Shown piece by piece: positions 46,129-54,622 of a DNA stretch of 64,000 nt. The notes under the pieces are model-generated. The model did no database searches. It was not told the DNA's origin and was given only the letters and a program-made list of their open reading frames with translations. The translations under genes and the position numbers were made by a program. Position 1 is the first letter of the stretch. The number at the start of each line of letters is the position of its first letter. The stretch is from Candidatus Omnitrophota bacterium (GTDB lineage Bacteria; Omnitrophota; Gorgyraeia; Gygaellales; Profunditerraquicolaceae), in contig JALOCB010000007.1 of NCBI GenBank assembly GCA_023227985.1, positions 399-64,398 of the forward strand, given 5' to 3'.

Positions 46129-46575
46129 ATGAAAAGAGTCATCGGCTGCGGTAATCTTCTGATGCAAGATGAAGGCATCGGGGTGCATCTTATAGAGTAT
46201 CTCAAGGGGAAAACTATCCCTCAGGGCGTGGAATTGGTTGACGGCGGTTGCAGCGGTTTTGACCTTCTGGGATTCATTCAGGAATCCCGGGAAGTCGTTA
46301 TCGTTGACGCGGTAAAAGCCGGAGGCAAGCCCGGGGATATTTATAAGTTCTCGCCGGATGATTATCGGACCGATACCTTCCCCAAGACTTCGCTTCACGA
46401 TGTCTCGCTTAAAGATATCTTCGAGATCGTTAAGAAGACCGGCAACTTGCCCAGAATAACCATTTTCGGGGTAGAACCAAAAACAATAGACTGGGGTATG
46501 GAGCTTACGCCGGAGGTGGGTGAGGTCTTGCCCAGGCTCGCGGAATTGGTCATAAAGGAGATTCATCATGCATGA
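46129..46575 (+). CDS. Hydrogenase maturation endopeptidase (HyaD/HybD family)
   Basis: VIGCGNLLMQDEGIGVHLIEYL and VDGG motifs. ~149 aa. Confidence 0.8.
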   Translation: MKRVIGCGNLLMQDEGIGVHLIEYLKGKTIPQGVELVDGGCSGFDLLGFIQESREVVIVDAVKAGGKPGDIYKFSPDDYRTDTFPKTSLHDVSLKDIFEIVKKTGNLPRITIFGVEPKTIDWGMELTPEVGEVLPRLAELVIKEIHHA

Positions 46576-46804
46576 GGTTGGCGTAGCCCGTGAGATCTTG
46601 AAATTAACCCTGGAGAAAGCGGGCAATAAAAAAGTAAAAAGCATAAAGATCGAATTAGGCGATGACGGGCACACAACGCCGGAGACATTAATCAACGCTT
46701 TTCAGATGGTCGCCAAGGGGAGTATTGCTGAATCAGCCAGGCTGGATATAAATAAGGGGCAGGGCCTGGAATCCCGGGTATTGGAACTGGAAGTGGAGAA
46801 TTAG
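46568..46804 (+). CDS. hypA: HypA-like nickel-insertion protein, N-terminal domain only (no zinc-finger region)
   Basis: Starts MHEVGVAREILKL (the MHE Ni-binding N-terminus). It aligns to the HypA N-domain. The CxxC...CxxC Zn ribbon is absent and the protein ends at 78 aa. Confidence 0.55.
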   Translation: MHEVGVAREILKLTLEKAGNKKVKSIKIELGDDGHTTPETLINAFQMVAKGSIAESARLDINKGQGLESRVLELEVEN

Positions 46805-46805
46805 T

Positions 46806-47033
46806 ATGTTCAATATCGGGATGCCGGAGTTGATCATTATTTTCATAGTGGCACTGGTGATCTTGGGCCCTAAGCGCCTCCCGGAGATCGGCCGCCAGAT
46901 CGGCAAGGCTATGTCCCAGCTAAAACGTGTTACAAGCGATCTTAAGCAGGCATTGGAAAACGAGCCGCCTGAAGATATAAAAGACGAAGTCAGGGAAAAA
47001 CTTGGAAAAATCCCCGAAGATAAGACAACCTGA
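46806..47033 (+). CDS. tatA: Twin-arginine translocase TatA/E
   Basis: MFNIGMPELIIIFIVALVILGPKRLPEIGRQIGKAM. 75 aa. Confidence 0.8.
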   Translation: MFNIGMPELIIIFIVALVILGPKRLPEIGRQIGKAMSQLKRVTSDLKQALENEPPEDIKDEVREKLGKIPEDKTT

Positions 47034-47727
47034 TGATCCTATCCCCTTGCTGGAGCATCTGGGTGAGTTAAGAAACGGCCTGGTTTATTCGGCAATAGCG
47101 ATATTTATCTGCGGCAGCGCGGTTTACTCCAAGGTTAATATTGTAATCGAAAATATCGCCGCGCCGGTCGGCAAACTCTATTTTATAAGTCCGTTCGAGG
47201 CCTTCTGGTGCCAGATCAAGATAGCTTTTTTTCTGGGGCTTTTATTAAGCCTGCCGGTCGTTCTCTTTCAGTTGTGGAGTTTTGTCCAGAAGGGGCTTTT
47301 GCCTAAGGAGAAAAGGTATATTCTCCTGGTGACGCTGGTTTCTTTCCTGCTTTTTGTCGGCGGGGTGTTTTTTTGCTATTTTCTGATTCTTCCGGTCGGG
47401 GTCAAGTTCCTTTTGGCTAGCGGATCCGATGTGGTCCTCCCGATGCTGAGCATCTCGAGGTACCTTTCTTTTGTGATCGGCCTGGTGTTTTCATTCGGGA
47501 TGGTCTTTGAGCTGCCGGTGGTCATCGGATTTCTGGTCAAGGCGGGTATGCTTAAGGCGCAGACTTTGATCCGGCAGTGGAGATTCGCAGTTGTTATTAT
47601 ATTCATCGCCGCCGCCGTGCTTACGCCCGGGCCTGATGTTTTCTCCCAGGCGTTAATGGCCGGGCCGTTGTTGATCTTGTACGCAGCAAGTGTGGCTATA
47701 GCTAAAATAATCGAGAGGAGGAAATAA
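47002..47727 (+). CDS. tatC: Twin-arginine translocase TatC
   Basis: [13 protein letters not shown], the N-terminal TatC signature, and six TM helices. The start is uncertain (TTG at 47002 overlapping tatA, or a later TTG at 47047). Confidence 0.8.
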   Translation: MEKSPKIRQPDDPIPLLEHLGELRNGLVYSAIAIFICGSAVYSKVNIVIENIAAPVGKLYFISPFEAFWCQIKIAFFLGLLLSLPVVLFQLWSFVQKGLLPKEKRYILLVTLVSFLLFVGGVFFCYFLILPVGVKFLLASGSDVVLPMLSISRYLSFVIGLVFSFGMVFELPVVIGFLVKAGMLKAQTLIRQWRFAVVIIFIAAAVLTPGPDVFSQALMAGPLLILYAASVAIAKIIERRK

Positions 47728-47897
47728 TGAAAGGTATAGGCATGGGAGAATTGATCGTTATCCTGCTGATAGTCCTGGTTATTTTCGGCGCGGGAAAGAT
47801 ACCGGATATATTCAAGTCTTTCGGCCAAGGGATCAAGGAATTCAAGAAGGGAATCAATGAGAAGCCCGACGACGAAAAACAGGATAAGAAGGAATAA
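47727..47897 (+). CDS. Second TatA/TatB-family protein (56 aa). It is absent from the ORF track because it falls below the 60-aa cut-off.
   Basis: [42 protein letters not shown]...: a TM helix, a hinge Gly, then an amphipathic helix. Its ATG overlaps the tatC stop (TAATG). Confidence 0.6.
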   Translation: MKGIGMGELIVILLIVLVIFGAGKIPDIFKSFGQGIKEFKKGINEKPDDEKQDKKE

Positions 47898-47903
47898 AAA
47901 GGC

Positions 47904-47932
47904 TTGACAAAACGGGCATTGTTTTGTATCCT
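47904..47932 (+). promoter_or_regulatory. Candidate sigma70-like promoter for the tetraheme cytochrome c gene
   Basis: TTGACA with a 17-nt spacer to TATCCT. The RBS AAGGAGGTG precedes the ATG at 47993. Confidence 0.4.
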
Positions 47933-47992
47933 AAGTATCAAAAGGATAGATATTTAAGTATAAATTAGAGGCCATAATAAAGGAGGTGCTGG

Positions 47993-48448
47993 ATGAGGAA
48001 ATGGGCGTTGTTGGTTTTATTGCTAACCTTTGGTTTTGTGACAGTAGGGGCTTTATTCCTGGGAGGCGCTACTGTCTCGGCGCAGGAACAGAAGTTTGTC
48101 GGGGCTGAAAAATGCAAAGGCTGCCATCCTCAGCAGTTCACGGATTTTGAGAGCCGTAAATTCACCAAGGCCTGGACAGTCCTGCAGATGCGCGGCAAGA
48201 CCAAGGACCCCGCATGTTTAGTTTGCCATGTCACCGGATACGGCCAGCCCGGAGGGTTTATTTCCGAAGATGTCACTCCGCAGTTAAAATACAAGCAGTG
48301 TGAGGTCTGCCATGGGGCCGGAAATACTCATGTTATGAACCCCGGCGATACCGTTGCCCGTCAGGCAATGAAGGATTACGTGAGCAAGCGTAATGTTTGC
48401 ATCGATTGCCACAAATGTATGAAGACCCACAAAGAAGCGGATTTTTAA
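47993..48448 (+). CDS. Periplasmic tetraheme c-type cytochrome (cytochrome c3-like candidate redox partner of the hydrogenase)
   Basis: A signal peptide and four CxxCH motifs (CKGCH, CLVCH, CEVCH, CIDCH). 151 aa. Confidence 0.8.
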   Translation: MRKWALLVLLLTFGFVTVGALFLGGATVSAQEQKFVGAEKCKGCHPQQFTDFESRKFTKAWTVLQMRGKTKDPACLVCHVTGYGQPGGFISEDVTPQLKYKQCEVCHGAGNTHVMNPGDTVARQAMKDYVSKRNVCIDCHKCMKTHKEADF

Positions 48449-48659
48449 GAGTAAATTTAAAATAAACCGAAAAATGTGTTTTTGATGTGTTGATCCAAAC
48501 GCGGCTCCCGGTGAGCGACGAGAGTTGCCGGGAGCCGTAGTAATAAGCAGGGATTCAGCGTTTTTATCATAAATCATATTCCATAGATCGAAAAACAGGG
48601 TGGGGTCAGAGAAAGCAAGCAAATCGATATTATTAACAGGGTGAACCCGGGAGGGGTAA

Positions 48660-50381
48660 ATGTTGGAAGTCTTGAAGAAATCCATAGGAACAAAACTTAC
48701 CTTATGGCTGAGTATCGGCTTGATCATTATCCTTTCAATAATCACCGTGATGAACGTCGTATCCCAGAATAAAACATTGTTCAATAGGGAGAAAGACACC
48801 GCAGATAAGCTTTCGGATACGGTTTTTACCGCCATCCGTTATCCTATGATGACCGGGGACCAGGACGTGATCCAGATGCAATTCGACCAGTATAAAACCC
48901 TGGAAGGGATAGTCGGGATGCATCTTTTGGACCATACCGCGACCATCAAACGGACTACCGAAAAGGATTTAAAGGATCAAAAACTCAGCGTTGCCAATAT
49001 AGATGCCGCGCTGAAGGGCAAAGCATTTTCCGGTTTAGAAAAATCATTGGTCGGGCAAAAGAAGGTTTTTACGATAATCCGGCCGATAAAGAATGAAAAG
49101 AAATGTTTTTCCTGCCATGGTTCGGCCACAGAGGTTTTAGGCGTTTTGCGGATCGCTTTAGATTGGTCTCCTATCGAGCGCGATATGTCAATGACGAAAA
49201 AGTCAAACATCTTCTTTTCTTTGGTCGGCCTGGGCCTGATGAGCTTCCTGGTCTTTTTTCTGCTAAAAGTAATGTTGAGCGTTCCGGTAGGCGTGCTTAT
49301 AAAAGGGAGCATCCCTTTGAGCATGGGCGACTTGACCCAGAAGATCAAGATCACCGGAAAAGATGAATTGGGAAGGCTCGCCGATTCTTTCAATATGATC
49401 ATCAGTTCAATGAACCAGATCGTGTCGCAGGTGCGTTCCAGCGCCGACAAAGTGGCCAGTTCCGCGCAGGAGATGTCGTCTTCAGCCGAGGAAATGAACG
49501 CCACTACCCAGGAAGTATCCAACGCTATACAGAAGGTCAGTAAAGGCGCGAATACTCAGGCGGAGAAAGTCGAAGAAACCTTCGAGACTATGGAAAAGAC
49601 CTCGACCAGCATCAAGCAGATGGTATCTAACGCCCAGACCGCCAGCCTTGCCGTGAGCCATACCAGCACCAGGGCGGAGGCCGGCCGTGTTACTGCCCAG
49701 GAAACCGTGGATAAGATCGAGAGGCTGACTGCCACCGTAGGCGATACAGCCAAGGTTATCCAGAATCTCGGACAGATGTCGCAGCAGATCGGAGAGATCA
49801 CCGAGACCATTACTTCTATCGCGGATCAGACAAATCTTCTCGCTCTTAACGCCGCTATCGAAGCCGCGCGCGCCGGCGAGGCCGGACGCGGGTTTGCGGT
49901 AGTTGCCGAGGAAGTAAGGAAACTTGCCGAAGGATCGGCGGAAGCTGTCAGGAAGATTGGAGGGCTTATCCGTTCTATCCAGAGCGAGACCAACCGCGCG
50001 GTCAATGCCATAGAGGCAAGCTCCAAGGAAGTCCAGGAAGGCAAGATCCAGGTTTCCAAGATCGCCGATGTGTTGACCGAGATCAATAAAGCCGCCCGCG
50101 AGGCAGCAGGCGTCGCCAATGATATCGCTACTGCCGGTCAGGAACGGATAGTTGAGGTTGATCGCACAGTAAAATCAATAAATGAAGTCGCTTCTATCGC
50201 CAAGGAATCAGCTTCTACTGTTCAGGAGGTGTCTTCCAGCACTCAGGAGCAGACCGCTTCAATGGAAGAGATGTCCGCGTCTGCCCAGGAGCTTGCCCGT
50301 CTGGCCATGGACCTGAAAGAGATGGTCGGAAAGTTCAAGCTGGATGATAAAGAAAACTCCGGCAGGAAAAGAGAAGCGTAA
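48660..50381 (+). CDS. Methyl-accepting chemotaxis protein with a CxxCH heme-binding motif in its periplasmic sensor domain
   Basis: Two TM helices flank a ~150-aa periplasmic domain containing [13 protein letters not shown] domain and an MCP signalling domain (the [32 protein letters not shown] hairpin tip) follow. Confidence 0.85.
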   Translation: MLEVLKKSIGTKLTLWLSIGLIIILSIITVMNVVSQNKTLFNREKDTADKLSDTVFTAIRYPMMTGDQDVIQMQFDQYKTLEGIVGMHLLDHTATIKRTTEKDLKDQKLSVANIDAALKGKAFSGLEKSLVGQKKVFTIIRPIKNEKKCFSCHGSATEVLGVLRIALDWSPIERDMSMTKKSNIFFSLVGLGLMSFLVFFLLKVMLSVPVGVLIKGSIPLSMGDLTQKIKITGKDELGRLADSFNMIISSMNQIVSQVRSSADKVASSAQEMSSSAEEMNATTQEVSNAIQKVSKGANTQAEKVEETFETMEKTSTSIKQMVSNAQTASLAVSHTSTRAEAGRVTAQETVDKIERLTATVGDTAKVIQNLGQMSQQIGEITETITSIADQTNLLALNAAIEAARAGEAGRGFAVVAEEVRKLAEGSAEAVRKIGGLIRSIQSETNRAVNAIEASSKEVQEGKIQVSKIADVLTEINKAAREAAGVANDIATAGQERIVEVDRTVKSINEVASIAKESASTVQEVSSSTQEQTASMEEMSASAQELARLAMDLKEMVGKFKLDDKENSGRKREA

Positions 50382-50404
50382 AAGGTAAAATATTGCCCGT
50401 AACA

Positions 50405-50442
50405 AAAAAGCCCCGCAGATAAAATCTGCGGGGCTTTTTGTT
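50405..50442. terminator. Bidirectional rho-independent terminator between the MCP (+) and PilZ (-) genes
   Basis: GCCCCGCAGAT-aaa-ATCTGCGGGGC flanked by A-run and T-run. Confidence 0.8.
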
Positions 50443-50452
50443 CTAAGGCTTT

Positions 50453-50758
50453 TTAAATCGGGATCGTGCTTACTTTATTGAATTTAACGCCGACTTCAAA
50501 ACGGTTGCTGTTGTTCTGGGCGTCTTTTAGCGGATTGATCCAGGCAACTTCTCCTTTGACGTAAAATGGGCCTATATGCGGGATGATCTTGAATTGCCCT
50601 GATATTACCGAGCCTACCCGGGTCTGACTCTCCAGAAGTATCCTCATTCCGCCGGGGCTGATATCCATAAGAAAACCTTCTTCGGCGTCTTTGCCGTCTT
50701 TGTTCAATGAGGTTTTTCCTTTTGTCGCCAGCCTGGTGTATCTGCGTCTTTCTTTCAT
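50453..50758 (-). CDS. PilZ-domain protein
   Basis: Starts MKERRRYTRL (RxxxR) and contains DISPGGMRI (DxSxGG). ~101 aa. The track's upstream extension is unlikely to be real. Confidence 0.6.
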   Translation of the reverse strand: MKERRRYTRLATKGKTSLNKDGKDAEEGFLMDISPGGMRILLESQTRVGSVISGQFKIIPHIGPFYVKGEVAWINPLKDAQNNSNRFEVGVKFNKVSTIPI

Positions 50759-50967
50759 TCTTATTCCTCCTTGTGCAGAGGCGCGCCCCAATCTCTCAAA
50801 TAAGATTGGGGGGAGCAGAGGTGTTGCGTCAGCTATCCTATTAGGTTTCCGAGGTGCATGCACACGGCGTGCATACCGGCCAATCATTTATGGCCGGGTG
50901 CACCAATCTAACATCCATATTATACCCAAAAAATCCCAAAAATCAAGGTTCGGTTTTGAGAATACTA

Positions 50968-50996
50968 TTGACTAAAAAGGTTTTTCTTTCTATTAT
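50968..50996 (+). promoter_or_regulatory. Candidate sigma70-like promoter for hldD
   Basis: TTGACT with a 17-nt spacer to TATTAT. Confidence 0.4.
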
Positions 50997-51033
50997 ATAT
51001 TAAATATCCTACAGAATGAAAGGATGAAAAAAG

Positions 51034-52002
51034 ATGAGAGTGGTCGTTACCGGCGGCGCCGGGTTTATCGGCAGTTGCCTGATCCATAAGTTAAACGAGC
51101 AGGGGATAAAAGATATAATCGTTGTTGATCACCTTGACGAGTCTTTGAAATGGAAGAACCTGGTCGGAAAAGCCATTGAGGATTATATCGCCAAAGAGAA
51201 ATTCCTGGATGCGCTGGAATCGGCTAAACTGAAAGCCTCTTTTGATTTTATCATCCATATGGGCGCCTGTAGCTCGACCACCGAGACTGACGGCGAATAC
51301 CTTATGGAGAACAATTATCTTTATTCCAAACGGCTGGCTAAATGGGCCTTAGCCAAAAAAGTCCCCTTCCTTTATGCCTCGTCCGCGGCGACGTATGGTG
51401 ACGGATCGTTGGGTTACAGCGACGAAGATAGTGTTTCCGAGAATTTAAAACCGCTGAACCTGTACGGTTATTCCAAACAGCTTTTTGACTTGTGGCTTAT
51501 AAGGAACGGTCTGACCGCGAAGGTCACCGGGTTCAAGTTCTTTAATGTTTTCGGCCCTAATGAATACCATAAAGAGAATATGCGCAGCGTTATCGCCAAG
51601 GTCTTTGACGGGGTAAGCCGCGGGGAAAAAATGCGTTTGTTCAGGTCTTACGTGAAGCAATATCCCGACGGGGAACAAAAACGCGATTTCATATATGTCA
51701 AGGACGCGGTGGACATCGTTTATTATTTTATGGAGCACCCGGATAAAAAAGGCATATTCAACGCAGGCACGGGAAGTGCCCGCAGTTGGAATGATCTTGC
51801 CCGCGGACTTTTTGCGGCCTTGGGCAGAACGCCTCAGATCGAATATATCGATATGCCCGAACAGATCCGCGATAAATACCAGTATTTTACCCAGGCGGAC
51901 CTGGGCAAATTACGAAAAGCCGGTTATGCAAAAGAGTTCCGTACTCTCGAAGAAGCGATCGCCGACTACTCGGGATATTTGAAAAATAACAGTTATCTGT
52001 AA
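51034..52002 (+). CDS. hldD: ADP-L-glycero-D-manno-heptose 6-epimerase-like NAD-dependent epimerase
   Basis: VVTGGAGFIGS Rossmann motif, a YxxxK catalytic region (YGYSKQLFD) and KFFNVFGPNEYHK. 322 aa. Confidence 0.7.
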   Translation: MRVVVTGGAGFIGSCLIHKLNEQGIKDIIVVDHLDESLKWKNLVGKAIEDYIAKEKFLDALESAKLKASFDFIIHMGACSSTTETDGEYLMENNYLYSKRLAKWALAKKVPFLYASSAATYGDGSLGYSDEDSVSENLKPLNLYGYSKQLFDLWLIRNGLTAKVTGFKFFNVFGPNEYHKENMRSVIAKVFDGVSRGEKMRLFRSYVKQYPDGEQKRDFIYVKDAVDIVYYFMEHPDKKGIFNAGTGSARSWNDLARGLFAALGRTPQIEYIDMPEQIRDKYQYFTQADLGKLRKAGYAKEFRTLEEAIADYSGYLKNNSYL

Positions 52003-52009
52003 AGGACAA

Positions 52010-52366
52010 ATGAAAAGATTCATATTCTATATGATCAGATGGCAGTTAAGCACGCCTATACTCTGGCTGGTGGTAAAACAGCTTGGTGTGGGCATATGGT
52101 CTACAGTGGTCGCCAACCTTATCGGCGGAGCTATATTCTTCTGGGTGGACAGGTTCATCTTCACCTCCGCGGCGTTTGAGATATGGCATACTAAGGATAA
52201 AGGCACGTGCGATAAATGCGGCAAGGCCGCCAGTGTCTGGCGGTTGGTAAAGACAAGGGATTACGACCGTTCAGGAGCCGAACCTAAATTCCTCTGTATC
52301 AAGTGTTCCAAGGAGAAGCTTAAAGAGCTGCAGGACAAAGGGATAAAGACAGGGCACAGATTTTGA
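52010..52366 (+). CDS. Hypothetical small membrane protein (GtrA-like N-terminus) with a C-terminal zinc ribbon
   Basis: Two hydrophobic helices, then CDKCGKAA...CIKCSKEK. Confidence 0.4.
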   Translation: MKRFIFYMIRWQLSTPILWLVVKQLGVGIWSTVVANLIGGAIFFWVDRFIFTSAAFEIWHTKDKGTCDKCGKAASVWRLVKTRDYDRSGAEPKFLCIKCSKEKLKELQDKGIKTGHRF

Positions 52367-52367
52367 T

Positions 52368-53033
52368 ATGAAAGACGGGATTATAGTCATAAATAAACCT
52401 AAGGGGATGACCTCGCACGATGTTGTGGATTTTGTGCGAAAAAAGCTGAAGATGCGCAAGGTCGGCCACGCCGGGACCCTGGATCCCGCTGCCACAGGGG
52501 TTCTGGTGATCCTTTTGGGCAGATGCACCCGGTTGTTCGATAAGTTTTTAAGTTATGACAAGGAATATGTGGCTACCCTGACCTTGGGTTCAAGGACCTC
52601 AAGCGGCGATCTTGAAGGCGATGTTCTGGAAACCAGGGATTATAACCACATAGACGAGAATATGGTGAAAAACGCCATGCCCGCGTATATCGGCGATATT
52701 AAACAGGTACCGCCGATGGTCTCCGCGGTAAAATACAAGGGCAAGCGGCTGTATAAGTTGGCGAGGAAAGGTCAGCAGGTCGAGCGTACTCCCCGTGATG
52801 TGCGGATCAAGGAACTTAAACTTCTGGAATTCAAGCTCCCGGATGTAGAGTTTTATCTTAAATGTTCCCGGGGCACTTATGTGCGCCAGTTGGCTGAGGA
52901 TCTGGCAGTTGACCTGAATTGTGTGGGCCATGTTTCCAGGATCGAACGCTTGAGCATAGGCCCGTTCAATATTAAATCCGCGTTAGGGCTTTCGGACATA
53001 GAAGAAAGCAGGATCCAGCCGTTTTTCGGTTAA
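52368..53033 (+). CDS. truB: tRNA pseudouridine(55) synthase
   Basis: IIVINKPKGMTSHDVVDFVRKKL...GHAGTLDPAATGVLVI (catalytic Asp). Confidence 0.9.
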   Translation: MKDGIIVINKPKGMTSHDVVDFVRKKLKMRKVGHAGTLDPAATGVLVILLGRCTRLFDKFLSYDKEYVATLTLGSRTSSGDLEGDVLETRDYNHIDENMVKNAMPAYIGDIKQVPPMVSAVKYKGKRLYKLARKGQQVERTPRDVRIKELKLLEFKLPDVEFYLKCSRGTYVRQLAEDLAVDLNCVGHVSRIERLSIGPFNIKSALGLSDIEESRIQPFFG

Positions 53034-53117
53034 AATCCGCAGTAAATGCGCTTTTTCCGCTGCTAAATCCCTTTAAAAAGGCTGATTTTCTCCGCGTTTT
53101 ACTCAAATCTATTAAGA

Positions 53118-53146
53118 TTGACACAGCGTAATTTATACTATATAAT
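53118..53146 (+). promoter_or_regulatory. Candidate sigma70-like promoter for lysS, with a very short leader
   Basis: TTGACA with a 17-nt spacer to TATAAT. It ends ~10 nt before the lysS ATG and there is no obvious SD. Confidence 0.4.
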
Positions 53147-53155
53147 TATAGAACT

Positions 53156-54610
53156 ATGGAACTTAATGAGATCATCTCACAGCGGAAGGCTAAATTAGAG
53201 GCCTTAAAAGATAAGGGCATACCTGTTTACGATAAGCCGTATTCAGGGTGCCTGGATATTGCCGGGGTTATCAACGGTTTTCAGGAAGGACTGAAGGTCG
53301 CTGTCTGCGCCAGGCTTACCGCCAAACGCGGGCACGGCAAAGTCGTCTTTGCCGACTTAAGGGATTCCACCGGCCGGATCCAGCTTTATTTTAAAGCGGA
53401 TGTGATCGGGCCGGAAAAGTCCGCTATCCTGGAAAATATCGAGGTCGCGGATTTTATCGGGGTCAAGGGGGAATTATTCAAGACCCATACCGGAGAACTG
53501 ACGATCAAGGTAGAGGATTTTATCGTTTTATCCAAGGCTATGCGCCCTCTGCCTGAGAAATGGCACGGGTTAAAAGACGTGGAGATCCGCTACCGCCAAC
53601 GTTACCTGGACCTGGTCTCCAACGAGGATGTGCGCAAGGTTTTTGTGGCCCGTTCCCGGATCATCAAGTCTTTGCGAAAGACACTGGATGAAAAAGGTTT
53701 CCTGGAAGTGGAGACCCCGATGATGCACGATATCGCCGGAGGGGCGGCGGGAAGGCCTTTTAAGACGCATCATAATGAGTACGATATGGACCTTTTTCTG
53801 CGCATCGCCCCGGAGCTTTATCTTAAAAGGCTTTTGGTCGGGGGCATGGATAAGGTGTATGAAATAAACCGTTCTTTCCGCAACGAAGGGGTTTCCATAA
53901 AGCATAACCCGGAATTCACTATGCTTGAGGTTTACGCGGCATACGCCAACTATGAAGTTATGATGCATTTATGCGAAAGCCTGATCGTTGCCGCCGCCCA
54001 GGACGCGTGCGGGAAGATGGAACTGAGCTATCAAGGCAAGTCAATAGACCTTACCCCCCCGTGGAAAAGAATATCGTTCGCGGAACTGGTAAAAGAGAGA
54101 TTCGGAATAACGCCGTCTGATACGGAGCAGGTTATGCTGGAGAAGCTCAAGGCCAGCGGTTTTGCCAGGGATACGGATAAACTAAGCCGGACCCAGATCA
54201 ATAAAGTGATCGAGGATACCCTGGAAGAGGGTTTGAACGTTAACCCCACTTTCGTCACCGATTATTACACCAGCCTTTGCCCTCTGGCGAAGACGAAAAA
54301 GGATAATCCTTTGATATCAGAAAGGTTTGAGCTGTTCATTGCCGGCATGGAGGTAGGCAACGCCTATTCGGAGTTGAACGATCCCCAGGAACAAAAACTG
54401 CGTTTTGAAGAAGAAGTTAAGAACCCCGGAGAGACCGGACATAAGGTGGTGGACGAGGATTATGTCCTGGCATTGGAGCATGGTATGCCGCCTGCCGGAG
54501 GCCTGGGTATAGGCATAGACCGTCTGGTCATGCTTTTGACCGACCAACCTTCTATCCGCGATGTCATTTTATTTCCCCTGTTAAGACCTGCGGGGGAAAA
54601 ACAGGGTTAA
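53156..54610 (+). CDS. lysS: Lysyl-tRNA synthetase (class II)
   Basis: An N-terminal OB anticodon-binding domain and class II motifs (FRNEG, GGLGIGIDRLVMLL). 484 aa. Confidence 0.9.
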   Translation: MELNEIISQRKAKLEALKDKGIPVYDKPYSGCLDIAGVINGFQEGLKVAVCARLTAKRGHGKVVFADLRDSTGRIQLYFKADVIGPEKSAILENIEVADFIGVKGELFKTHTGELTIKVEDFIVLSKAMRPLPEKWHGLKDVEIRYRQRYLDLVSNEDVRKVFVARSRIIKSLRKTLDEKGFLEVETPMMHDIAGGAAGRPFKTHHNEYDMDLFLRIAPELYLKRLLVGGMDKVYEINRSFRNEGVSIKHNPEFTMLEVYAAYANYEVMMHLCESLIVAAAQDACGKMELSYQGKSIDLTPPWKRISFAELVKERFGITPSDTEQVMLEKLKASGFARDTDKLSRTQINKVIEDTLEEGLNVNPTFVTDYYTSLCPLAKTKKDNPLISERFELFIAGMEVGNAYSELNDPQEQKLRFEEEVKNPGETGHKVVDEDYVLALEHGMPPAGGLGIGIDRLVMLLTDQPSIRDVILFPLLRPAGEKQG

Positions 54611-54622
54611 AGTCCCGCTTAA

